This document shows positions 31,640 to 40,196 of a DNA stretch of 64,000 nt, piece after piece. A model generated the notes under the pieces. It did not search any database. It saw only the letters and a program-made list of their open reading frames with translations, and had not been told where the DNA came from. Source of the DNA: Angustibacter luteus (GTDB taxonomy: Bacteria > Actinomycetota > Actinomycetes > Actinomycetales > Angustibacteraceae). Made by a program: the position numbers and the translations under genes. The stretch spans positions 434,001 to 498,000 of the forward strand of contig NZ_BAABFP010000004.1 of assembly GCF_039541115.1 (NCBI RefSeq), written 5' to 3'. Position 1 is the first letter of the stretch. Each line of letters begins with the position of its first letter.

Positions 31640-31888
31640 TTCGTCAGCATGCCGGTCCAAGGTGGGTCACGCACTCATCTCGGCAGATCCGGTCGTGCCT
31701 TGGCGCATCCAACTTTGACGAAGAGTCCGCGGCGACTGTCTGGCGGTGGCACGCCTCGGCGCCGTCAGCCGGGCCAGGACGGTGGACGGGCCGGCGCAAG
31801 GAACTGCCTCACGCAGGGGTGAATTCGCGCGGCTGCGAAGTCGGGTGCCCTCCTACTGTGTGGACCTCGCCGAAGACGAGTTCAGCTC

Positions 31889-33142
31889 TCAGCGCCGGCC
31901 TACCGGTGCGGACTCGGAGAGCCTTGAGCTTGGGACCCATCCTGGTTGGTACGCCGAGGACGGGGACGCGCCGAGGTGAGCACGGAGTGCCGCAGTAGCC
32001 GCGCGGGCCGCATGCCCCTGAGCCGTCCGTCCCTGGGCGGCGCGCAGCCGTGCGACTGCGACGACCAGGTCCACCAGGCGCTCGAGCGAACGTGCCTCCG
32101 GCGGCATCCCGTGATTGTTCGCCCGGAGTGCCTTGGCCGCGGATCTGAGCAGTCTTTGATGGTCCATCAGTCCAGGGGGCCGATTGAAGGGTTCTCGACG
32201 TGCGCGCTCAAACGTCGCAGCCGCCTCGGTCAGCGGACCCCCTCGTCGTCCTTCCTGCCTGCGGGCCGCCAGTTGCAGTAGATCCGCTGTATCCGAAGCG
32301 AGGCTGGCGGGCTCAGCCGCCCAGACGCTGCTGAGCTTGGTCCAGGACAAGTCAGTGGCAAGCTTGCTGCCGCCGTACCAGACCGGATGGCCCGCGGCGG
32401 TGCGATGTCCGGGCAAGGCGACTGAGTACCCGGTGATTTGCCCCTGAGTGTTCTGACTGCGCCGCGGCCGGACGAGCAGCCCCGCCCCGCTGAGTCGCTG
32501 AAGAAAGTCCTCAGGGTCGGCCGCGGCCGCCGCGGCGACGCGGACCTCACGCAGGAGCTGCATGCGTGCTGGCACGGACTCGCCTTGGCGGGCGGTCTTC
32601 TCCGTCTCAGCCCGGGTGGGGCGCTTGTCGGCTGTGCGGTCCCGCGGCGGTGTGACGAGGAGGCCGTACTCGCGTTCAGCCCGTCGGCAGGCCTCACCGA
32701 GACGGTAATAGTCGTTGGACGTCGACACTCGGCGTCCGTCCTGCCTGGCCAGCGTGACGACGACATGGATGTGGTCGTCGGCGTGCCGCACGGCGACCCA
32801 TCGGCAACCGGAGTCCTCCTCGTCGCGCCGGGCAAAACCCGTGCGATGTACGACGTCGCGCGCCACGGCGGCCCATTCGTCGTCGGTCAACCGACGGTCG
32901 GACGGCGCGGTGCGCAGTGAGCAGTGCCAGACGGGCTGCTCGGGTAGCCGTGACCCGGTGCGGAGAGGCTGCTCGAGTAGCCCGGTGAGGGGACCGAATT
33001 GGCCGTGGGGTTCGAGTCGCCTTGTCCGGCCGTCCCATGCGGCGACCAGGTGAGGGTCCGTGTGCTCGTTCGCCCGTCCCGGCCCGTAGAGGTAGCGCAG
33101 CAGTCCTCCCGCATGCGCTCCACGGACTACCTTGCCGATCAT
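31889..33142 (-). CDS. Relaxase/mobilization nuclease (MOBP type)
   Basis: N-terminal LLRYLYGPG (catalytic Tyr), VWHCSLR, WVAVRH.DDHIHVV HUH motif. Confidence 0.9.
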   Translation of the reverse strand: MIGKVVRGAHAGGLLRYLYGPGRANEHTDPHLVAAWDGRTRRLEPHGQFGPLTGLLEQPLRTGSRLPEQPVWHCSLRTAPSDRRLTDDEWAAVARDVVHRTGFARRDEEDSGCRWVAVRHADDHIHVVVTLARQDGRRVSTSNDYYRLGEACRRAEREYGLLVTPPRDRTADKRPTRAETEKTARQGESVPARMQLLREVRVAAAAAADPEDFLQRLSGAGLLVRPRRSQNTQGQITGYSVALPGHRTAAGHPVWYGGSKLATDLSWTKLSSVWAAEPASLASDTADLLQLAARRQEGRRGGPLTEAAATFERARREPFNRPPGLMDHQRLLRSAAKALRANNHGMPPEARSLERLVDLVVAVARLRAAQGRTAQGHAARAATAALRAHLGASPSSAYQPGWVPSSRLSESAPVGRR

Positions 33143-33412
33143 CTGGACATGGTGCCATCTACTTCAGCAGATGCGCGCCACGCGGCTGTCAGCTGAGCGT
33201 ATTCAGTTGGGCCAAGTTCAGACTGGCTGGCAGAAGCGTTGTCTGCCACATGTGGCTATCGGGGCTAAGTGCTGGTCACCCTTGGTGCGGATGGTCAGGC
33301 AGGGCGGTTGATTCGACCGCGCCCGGTCGCCACTCTCAGCCTGCATCTGGGTACCAGATGCATATCTTGCTCCGCTCTAGTGGCCGGCTTACCATCCCAG
33401 GCAGTCGCCTTG

Positions 33413-33628
33413 TCACCGGTCGCCGAGGAGGTCCAGCGGAGGGACGTCGAGCTGCTCGGCGAGCGACTCGAGGGTCTGGAGGGTGAGGTTTCGTTCGCCC
33501 CGCTCGAGTCCACCCAGGTAGGTGCGGTGCACGCCCAGCTGATCTGCGAACGCCTCCTGGCTCAGTCCGGTGTCCTCCCGGATCTGGCGGAGGTTCCGTC
33601 CAACTAGCTTCTGAAGGTCGCCGCGCAC
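33413..33628 (-). CDS. XRE-family HTH regulator, controller (C) protein-like
   Basis: 71 aa; SQEAFAD.LGVHRTYLGGLERGERN. Confidence 0.88.
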   Translation of the reverse strand: MRGDLQKLVGRNLRQIREDTGLSQEAFADQLGVHRTYLGGLERGERNLTLQTLESLAEQLDVPPLDLLGDR

Positions 33629-33647
33629 GTCGTTGAGCCTGTGATGC

Positions 33648-33681
33648 TGCTACTTTTAAGTCTACAGACTGATAAGTAGCA
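33648..33681. promoter_or_regulatory. 34-bp palindromic operator (C-box-like)
   Basis: TGCTACTTTTAAGTCT-AC-AGACTGATAAGTAGCA; arms match at 14/16; about 20 bp upstream of the XRE start. Confidence 0.75.
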
Positions 33682-33703
33682 CCGATGGCCTTGGAGGTTC
33701 GCG

Positions 33704-34015
33704 GTGGAACGCTCGCCAAGTCCCAGTGGCCTTGCCCTCGTGGGCAGCTCTCTGGCCGCCGCAGGTCCGAGGATCTGTCTGGCCTCCATCGACGACTACC
33801 GGCAGGGGCGATTGACGGGGGAGTGGGTCAGTCTCCGGAGGGACGCTGCGCTGGTACGTGCGGTCGTCCGATCAGTACTCGACCGCACTGTCACATCGGT
33901 GAGCCTTGGGGTGGGCGTGTTCGACGTCGAGGGTGCGTCCTTGAACGACGCCGCGGTCCGCGAGCTGCTCAGTCCTGTTCTCGGTATCGAAGGTCGACGG
34001 CGGCTAAACGCCTGA
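33704..34015 (+). CDS. Hypothetical protein
   Basis: ORF divergent from XRE with GGAGG RBS; RICLASIDDYRQGRLTGEWV loosely recalls the ArdA N-terminus. Confidence 0.4.
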   Translation: MERSPSPSGLALVGSSLAAAGPRICLASIDDYRQGRLTGEWVSLRRDAALVRAVVRSVLDRTVTSVSLGVGVFDVEGASLNDAAVRELLSPVLGIEGRRRLNA

Positions 34016-34039
34016 CCGCCGGTCCACCCACTCCGGCGG

Positions 34040-34819
34040 TCAGGCTGCGGCGTCCAGCGCCTGGGCTTTGATTCGCTGCGCGGTTCGTACTGAGACCTGA
34101 TGACCGTGTTCGTTCAGCTGGGCGGCCAGTTCCGCTGCGGTCATGTCTGGCCAGGTCCGCAGAACTCGCTCGGCGACCTGCGCGCGGCCAGGGCGCTCGG
34201 CGGGCGGCTCGAGCCGACGAGCCCTGTCCGCTCGAGGTGTCTGCGCCGGTTGGCGGCGACTCGGCCTGGCGGGTGTCGTGGTCACCGACATGGGGGTCGC
34301 CTGGCCTTCGGCCAGGATGGCGGCGCGCCAGGTACGCCACGTCGCGCGGGGTGCGAGCAGCCAGACGATGGCGCGGCGTGGACGTCGTCGCTGTCCGGCC
34401 AGTGCCTGTCGGCGGGCGCTGGCGATGACGGACTCGAAGCAGATCACGAACATGGCCGGCGGGACGGCGTGCAGCAGCCGTCCAGGTGCACCGGCGCTGG
34501 CGGCCCCGTTCGCGGCCACGGACGCCACGGACAAGGCGATAACCAGCACTCGCAGGGTCAGCGCTGTCTTGCCAACCCTGGCCGCGCTGAGGACTTTGAG
34601 GCTGAGCACCACGATGCCCAGGTCGAAGGACAGGGGGACGGCGGGCGCCAGCCACGGCGCGAAGCCGCCGTCGGTGGCGGCCAGCAGACGCAGGGTGTCG
34701 TAGGAGGTGACGAACCCGATGGCCACGAGCACGGACACACCGACAGCGATGGCAGCGTCCATGACCGTGTCCAGGGTTGGCCGCCCGGTGTTGGCGGTGC
34801 CAGTGGCTGTCGCGGTCAC
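34040..34819 (-). CDS. DUF2637 (SpdA-like) membrane protein
   Basis: GFVTSYDTL, PLSFDLGI, four TM segments, WLLAPRATWR, C-terminal HTH; GTGA overlap with mobC stop. Confidence 0.75.
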   Translation of the reverse strand: MTATATGTANTGRPTLDTVMDAAIAVGVSVLVAIGFVTSYDTLRLLAATDGGFAPWLAPAVPLSFDLGIVVLSLKVLSAARVGKTALTLRVLVIALSVASVAANGAASAGAPGRLLHAVPPAMFVICFESVIASARRQALAGQRRRPRRAIVWLLAPRATWRTWRAAILAEGQATPMSVTTTPARPSRRQPAQTPRADRARRLEPPAERPGRAQVAERVLRTWPDMTAAELAAQLNEHGHQVSVRTAQRIKAQALDAAA

Positions 34820-35313
34820 GACGCCGCCTGTCCGGCTGGCTGTCCGGCTGGTTGTCCGGCGGTGGGGCCGTGTCTGGCTGTCCGTTGGCTGCGCCGGGTC
34901 TGGCGGGCGACGTCGGTAACCGCGGCCGCTGCCTGATCGAGCCGGTCGACGGTCCGGTCGGTCATGGCCAGTGCCCAGTCCAGCCAGTCGGGTGCCTCGC
35001 CGGTGGCGTTGATGGCCCGGGTGGCTTGGTTGATGTTCACCCCGACCCGGCGGACCTGGCCGCGGGCGTCCATCAGTTCCAGCAGGGCGACCCGCCACGG
35101 CGCGGTCGACGGCGTCTCAGTTCCGCGGGCCGCAGCGAGGGCGGCCTCGGCCGCGTACCCAGTCGGCGTCAGCCCCGCTTCGCGGGCAGCCTGGACGACG
35201 GCGGCGTACTCGTCGTCGCTGTAGCGGAGCTTGACCTGCCGCGGCCGGCCGGGCGTGAGGTGATCGCGGTCGCGACCGGGTGCTCGTCGACGTCCGGGCT
35301 GCGACTCGCTCAC
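34816..35313 (-). CDS. mobC: Mobilization relaxosome accessory protein MobC
   Basis: RHH-like VKLRYSDDEYAAV..AA; VRRVGVNINQATRAIN motif. Confidence 0.85.
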   Translation of the reverse strand: MSESQPGRRRAPGRDRDHLTPGRPRQVKLRYSDDEYAAVVQAAREAGLTPTGYAAEAALAAARGTETPSTAPWRVALLELMDARGQVRRVGVNINQATRAINATGEAPDWLDWALAMTDRTVDRLDQAAAAVTDVARQTRRSQRTARHGPTAGQPAGQPAGQAAS

Positions 35314-36401
35314 GGGTCCACCTGCTCGCTGTCTCGATCGAGGATCTGGACGGCGCGGCGAACGACGGTGGCGCGGGTGACTGGCATCTGCTCGGTCCCG
35401 AGCTCTGCTCGGGCCTGAGCCTGCAGGGCGACGCGTCGTCCGCCGATGTCGGCCAGCCTCGCCTCGGCGGCCGCCAGCGACTGGGCGTCGTCCGCACTGG
35501 CGACATCGCTAGGGACGGCGTCCCACCAGGGGCCGGCCTCCGCGACCCGGACGGGGGAGCGGCTCACCTTGTCGGCGGCCACGGCGAGCAGCGCGGCGAC
35601 GACGTCGCAGGCTGGCCAGCCGCGGTTGACCACAGCCATCCGGATCGCCACGGCCAGGCACTGCGGCGCCCATCGCCCCCCGGGCTGTCCGAGGGCGCGC
35701 CGGGCCGCGATGCAGCGCTGGGACAGCTCGTCCAGGCCAGCCGACCCGTCGATCCCGCACTCTCGCAGCAAGTCATCGTTGGCCACCTCCACCGCCGTGC
35801 CCCGCCCCGCCCCGACGGGCGCGGGATCGCGAACTGGTGGCGGTGGTTCTTTGCTCTGGGTAGAGATCTCTCGGTCGGGCCGCACTTGTGCGGCCAGTCC
35901 CACCGCAGAAGTGCGGCCAGGGGTGGCCGCAGATTTGCGGCTACCCGAAATCACCGAACGACGTGCTGGCTGACCCGCCGGCGGAGTGGCCGCAGAACTG
36001 CGGCCACCCCCACCGGCCGGCATCGCCGGGACCGGAGGCGCCGAGGTGCGCACGTGGTAGCGGTTGGACAGGAACTGGCGACCCGCGCGGCGGTGCTCGA
36101 CTCGCACCATGCCGGCCTCGACCAGGTGCCGCATCGCCCGATCCACGGCGTCGACGGACCGGCGCATTCGTCGGGCCAGCGTCGGCCTAGCCGGCATGCG
36201 GTGCCCGGACCCGTTGCCATAGCGCAGCAGCAGCGTGTAGAGCCGGAAGGCGCCGTCCGGGATGTCGGCGTCGATCACCCACTCCGGCACGATCGCGAAC
36301 CGCTGTTCCTCGACCAGCAGCGACCCCTCGTCGCCGACATCGGAACCGGGCGGATCGTGATCCGAGGCGGTATCCAGCTGGTCAGGTGGGTCTGAGGGCA
36401 T
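35310..36401 (-). CDS. HTH-domain replication-initiator-like protein
   Basis: FAIVPEWVID..AFRLY.LL..PARPTLARRM..SVD.VDRA..HL.EAG..SNRY; start 36401 with GGGAG RBS. Confidence 0.7.
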   Translation of the reverse strand: MPSDPPDQLDTASDHDPPGSDVGDEGSLLVEEQRFAIVPEWVIDADIPDGAFRLYTLLLRYGNGSGHRMPARPTLARRMRRSVDAVDRAMRHLVEAGMVRVEHRRAGRQFLSNRYHVRTSAPPVPAMPAGGGGRSSAATPPAGQPARRSVISGSRKSAATPGRTSAVGLAAQVRPDREISTQSKEPPPPVRDPAPVGAGRGTAVEVANDDLLRECGIDGSAGLDELSQRCIAARRALGQPGGRWAPQCLAVAIRMAVVNRGWPACDVVAALLAVAADKVSRSPVRVAEAGPWWDAVPSDVASADDAQSLAAAEARLADIGGRRVALQAQARAELGTEQMPVTRATVVRRAVQILDRDSEQVDP

Positions 36402-36599
36402 GACGAGATCTCCCATCGGCGCATGGGCTCTGAACGAGCTGGGAAAGGGGCTACGCGCTAACCGCGCGCTAGGAAATGCACGGGACGTGCACGCTCGAGA
36501 CATCCCCGGCCGGACGAACCGACACCACCGCACGGGACGAAACCGCAGGTCAGCGACCTGTGGCGGCTTTCCCGGTTCCAGCCGGACAACCGCCAGGCC

Positions 36600-36643
36600 G
36601 ACTACGGATCAGAAGGTTAGGGGTTCGAATCCCTTCGGGCGCG
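36600..36643 (+). mobile_element. att site: displaced 3' half of tRNA-Arg(ACG), right boundary of an integrative element
   Basis: GACTACGGATCAGAAGGTTAGGGGTTCGAATCCCTTCGGGCGCG gives anticodon loop ACG, T-arm and acceptor 3' strand; no 5' half upstream. Confidence 0.88.
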
Positions 36644-36676
36644 CACCGTCTTGAGACAGCGGTACTACTACGGATC

Positions 36677-36712
36677 AGGCCCCTGACCTGCGGAAACGCG
36701 GTTGGGGGCCTT
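36677..36712 (+). terminator. Hairpin downstream of the tRNA fragment
   Basis: AGGCCCC-TGACCTGCG-GAAA-CGCGGTTG-GGGGCCT followed by TGTT. Confidence 0.55.
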
Positions 36713-36837
36713 GTTCGTGCCGCCTTTTGCGGGTCCGCTTGCCCCCGCAGCCCGGTCACCCGTCGGTTGTCTGGAGGAACGAGCCCGAGTTGACGGAGGG
36801 GCCTCCCTCGAGATCGGGCTGGGCTATCTGCCAGGGA

Positions 36838-37497
36838 TCAGTGGTCCGGCGCGGCGGCCTGCTCGGGCATCGCCGACCGCGGTGATGGGCCGAGGACGAA
36901 GACAAGGGCGAGCAGCACCGTGAGCACAATGGTCAACCAGGACGCGACCAGAGCCAACGCGGTGGCCACCGCGTAGCCGATCAGTCCGGACAGGTATCTG
37001 ATGTCGACGTCGCGGACGAACGCTGCCGACACGCCTGGGACCATCAAGCCACGCCGGCTCACCCGGCGCCAGATCAGGTTGAACGCCACGGCACTGAGCG
37101 TCAGCGTCGCGCCGTAGAGCAGCGAAGCGGTCTGGCCGTCGTCCCCGCTGGTGTGCTCGGCGATCAGGCCGGTCGGCAACGGCAGGAAGGCGACAGAAGC
37201 CAGCAGCAGCAGGTTGAGCAGCAGGAGCATCTGGTCGACGCGGGCGACCAGCCGGAACAGCGCGTGGTGGTTGGCCCAGATGATGCCGATCTGCAGGAAG
37301 GTGGCGGCGTAGGCGGCCATCTGCGGGAGCGCCTCGTGCAATGCGTGCGTCAGGGACTCACCATCGGTGGGGTCCACCCGGACGTCCAGAATGAGCAGCG
37401 TGATCGCGATGGCCAGGACGCCGTCGCTGAACGCCTCCAGTCGCCCAGCGTCACCGCGCAGCGCGTTGCCGCTCCACCAGCGACTCTGCAAGCTCAT
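36838..37497 (-). CDS. TMEM175 family (DUF1211) K+ channel-like protein
   Basis: RLEAFSDGVLAIAITLLIL signature; W.NHH. Confidence 0.92.
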   Translation of the reverse strand: MSLQSRWWSGNALRGDAGRLEAFSDGVLAIAITLLILDVRVDPTDGESLTHALHEALPQMAAYAATFLQIGIIWANHHALFRLVARVDQMLLLLNLLLLASVAFLPLPTGLIAEHTSGDDGQTASLLYGATLTLSAVAFNLIWRRVSRRGLMVPGVSAAFVRDVDIRYLSGLIGYAVATALALVASWLTIVLTVLLALVFVLGPSPRSAMPEQAAAPDH

Positions 37498-37726
37498 GCC
37501 CCGGTCAAGCGCGAGTAGGCGCCACCGATTCCCGCTGCCCGCCGCCGCGAGTTCCACGGTGCGAAGTCTCCGGGCGCTGATCGAGCGCGCTCTGGGACCG
37601 CCGAGCCCCAGAAACAGAAGTGGCTGGAGCCGCGCGGACTCGTCGAGGTCGGAGCGTGCCTCCGGTTGCCGTGTCGACGGGTTGGGTGGACGGTGGACGG
37701 CGTCGTCCCAGCGTGGAGGCAGTCGC

Positions 37727-39964
37727 ATGCGTCGTTCGGTCGTCCCATCCCAGGGCTCACGTCGACCCGCCGTCGCGCTCGCCGCGGTCGCCGCCGCGGC
37801 CGTCACGCTCTCGACTCTGCTCGCGCCCGGTGCCAGCGGTGCAACGGGCGTGGCTGGCACGTCGGCCGACGGTGCGGCGCCGGGCGGCCCTGGTGTGCAG
37901 GAGGGTTTCCTGCCCGCGGACAAGAGTGGGTTCGGCACGTCGGCAACGCGAGCGAGCCGGGTCTGGTTCACCCAGCAGCGCTCCGGCGGGCTGGGCGAGA
38001 TCTTCTACCCGGACCTGAGCACTCCCGCGGCCCGCAGCCTCGATCTGCTCGTGCAGGATCAGCCGGGTCACGTCGTCCGGGCCTCGGATGCGTCCACGGT
38101 GAGCACCAAGCGTGTGGCATCTGGTGGGCTGTCGTTCACCCAGACGTACGCCGCGCGCTCGGGGCGGTGGCAGCTGCGGACCACGACCGTGACCGACCCG
38201 TCGCGGGCGTCCGTCGTCCTCGAGGTCACCGTCAGCAGTGCCGACGGTGCTGCGCACCCGGTTTGGGCCGTGTACGACCCGGCACTCTCCAACAGCAGGA
38301 ACGACGACGCGGGCAGTACCCGTGGCAGGACGCTGGTCGCGAGCGACGCGACCGCGGCCAGCGCGCTAGCCGCCGCGCCGGCCATGACAGCGACGTCCAA
38401 CGGGTACCGCGGCACCAGCGACGGCGAGTCCGACCTGTTGGCCGACGGCCGGCTGGACGGCCGGTACGCGACGGCCGCGCCTGGCAACCTCGTGCAGACG
38501 GGACAGCTCGCGGTCGACGGCCGCAGTCACCGCTCCGCCACGCTGGCGATCTCGTTCGCCCCCACCGAGGACGGCGCGGTCGCGGGCGCGCAGGCCACCC
38601 TGCGCAAGGGCTTCAGCCAGGTGTCGGCGTCCTACGCGCGCGGATGGCGCAGCTACCAGGACGGCCTGCGTCGAGCGCCGTCCGCGCTGACGGCGTCCGA
38701 GCGCCGGCTCTACCAGACGTCCGTCCTGGTCCTGGCGGCCAGTGAGGACAAGACCTACCGCGGTGCCTACGTGGCGTCGCCGTCGGCACCGTGGGCCTTC
38801 GGAGCGGACGAGCCGAGCGGTCCCTACCACCTGGTGTGGTCCCGCGACCTCTACCAGATCGCCACCGCGCTGATCGCTGCCGGCGATCGGGCCGGCGCCG
38901 GCCGTGCCCTGACGTACCTGTTCGACCGTCAGCAGAAGCCGGACGGGTCGTTCCCGCAGAACTCGACCGTGGCCGGTGTCCCGTTCTGGGGCGGGCTGCA
39001 GCTGGATGAGGTGGCGCTCCCGGTCGTGCTGGCCGACCAGCTGGGACGGCGCGACGCCGCCACCTGGACCCATGTGCGGTCTGCCATGGAGTTCCTGCTC
39101 TCGTTCTCTGCTGACGGGTACGCGGCGCCGTACACGCCGGCCGAGCGGTGGGAGAACCAGTCAGGCTTCTCGCCGAACACCATCGCGGCTGAGATCGCCG
39201 GCCTGGTCTGCGCGGCACGGATCGCGCGGGCGAACGGTGCCACCACGGACGCCCGTCGCTACCTCGCGACCGCCGACGACTGGCAGCGCCGCCTCAAGGC
39301 CTGGACGCTCACCACCAACGGTCCCTACTCCGACAAGCCATACTTCCTGCGCCTGACCAAGGACGGACACCCGGACCTGGGCACGACGTACACGATCGGT
39401 GACAGTGGCCCCGCCGACGTCGACCAGCGGCGGGTCGTCGACCCGAGCTTCCTGGACCTGGTGCGCCTCGGGGTCCTGCCGGCGCAGGACCGCGACGTAC
39501 GCAACACGCTGCGGGTGGTGGACGAGCAGCTCGGCGTCCGCACGGCTCGCGGGCTGTACTGGCACCGCGCCTCCTTCGACGGCTATGGCGAGCAGGCTGA
39601 CGGGAGCCCGTGGGAGATCGGCCTGCCGGACGGCTCGCTTCTCAACCACGGACGGGCCTGGCCGCTGCTGAACGGCGAACGGGGCGAGTACCTCATCGCT
39701 GGTGGGCACGACTCCGCCGCTCGCGAGCAGCTGGCAGCGATGGCGCGAACCGCCGGGTCGGCGCAGATGCTCCCCGAGCAGGTCTGGGATGACTACCCGC
39801 CGTCCGGTCAGCCCGGCTTCACCCCCGGCACCGCGACGACGTCCGCCACCCCGCTCGCCTGGACGCACGCCCAGTTCGTACGGCTGGCACAGAACCTCGC
39901 GGCCAGCCGGGTCGTCGAGCAGCCATCCGCGGTGAGACACCGATACGGCGGCACTGCCGGCTGA
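37727..39964 (+). CDS. Secreted GH15 glucoamylase/glucodextranase
   Basis: Signal peptide; YHLVWSRD, QLDEVA, ERWEN, MLPEQVW, PLAWTHA; GGAGG RBS. Confidence 0.9.
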   Translation: MRRSVVPSQGSRRPAVALAAVAAAAVTLSTLLAPGASGATGVAGTSADGAAPGGPGVQEGFLPADKSGFGTSATRASRVWFTQQRSGGLGEIFYPDLSTPAARSLDLLVQDQPGHVVRASDASTVSTKRVASGGLSFTQTYAARSGRWQLRTTTVTDPSRASVVLEVTVSSADGAAHPVWAVYDPALSNSRNDDAGSTRGRTLVASDATAASALAAAPAMTATSNGYRGTSDGESDLLADGRLDGRYATAAPGNLVQTGQLAVDGRSHRSATLAISFAPTEDGAVAGAQATLRKGFSQVSASYARGWRSYQDGLRRAPSALTASERRLYQTSVLVLAASEDKTYRGAYVASPSAPWAFGADEPSGPYHLVWSRDLYQIATALIAAGDRAGAGRALTYLFDRQQKPDGSFPQNSTVAGVPFWGGLQLDEVALPVVLADQLGRRDAATWTHVRSAMEFLLSFSADGYAAPYTPAERWENQSGFSPNTIAAEIAGLVCAARIARANGATTDARRYLATADDWQRRLKAWTLTTNGPYSDKPYFLRLTKDGHPDLGTTYTIGDSGPADVDQRRVVDPSFLDLVRLGVLPAQDRDVRNTLRVVDEQLGVRTARGLYWHRASFDGYGEQADGSPWEIGLPDGSLLNHGRAWPLLNGERGEYLIAGGHDSAAREQLAAMARTAGSAQMLPEQVWDDYPPSGQPGFTPGTATTSATPLAWTHAQFVRLAQNLAASRVVEQPSAVRHRYGGTAG

Positions 39965-40196
39965 ACCCGCTCGCGTAACGAGCAGGTCGAGTCCGCGGCG
40001 AAGGCGCACGGCTCGAGCCTGCTGGCGCACGGCCTCCGCGCAATCGCTGCGTAGCTGGCTGGACTAGCCGCAGGTCAACTCCTGCCGAGAGAGGCCATAC
40101 CCCGGCACTGCCAGGGTGCCTGCCGCTGCCGATGTGAGCGCGGCGCCGAGAGTGATGTCCGCAATGAACTCAACCGGCGTCGTCCCGGCCGCGCGA

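Larger units (their letters stand above)
29424..31695 (+). repeat. Dispersed direct repeats, consensus CGCMCTCAHC-GCGGCA-GATCCGGGCG, bracketing four small genes
   Basis: Copies start at 29424, 29847, 30185, 30217, 30249, 30281, 30315, 30999 and 31670; weaker copies at 29288 and 30917; all intergenic and co-oriented. Confidence 0.85.

Noticed and set aside
29424..31695. Classical integron attC array or chromosomal dif site
   Set aside because: No RYYYAAC...GTTRRRY ends or long attC hairpins, no intI, genes in both orientations, and no TTATGT-type XerD arm.
33413..34015. Restriction-modification system beside the C-like protein
   Set aside because: No DNA methyltransferase or endonuclease ORF nearby; the methyltransferase at 42332 is a small-molecule type outside the element.
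33704..34015. ArdA antirestriction gene
   Set aside because: Only a short N-terminal resemblance; it is too short and lacks the acidic composition, so left as hypothetical.
36560..36645. Intact tRNA-Arg gene
   Set aside because: No acceptor 5' strand or D-arm upstream of 36600; only the 3' half is present.
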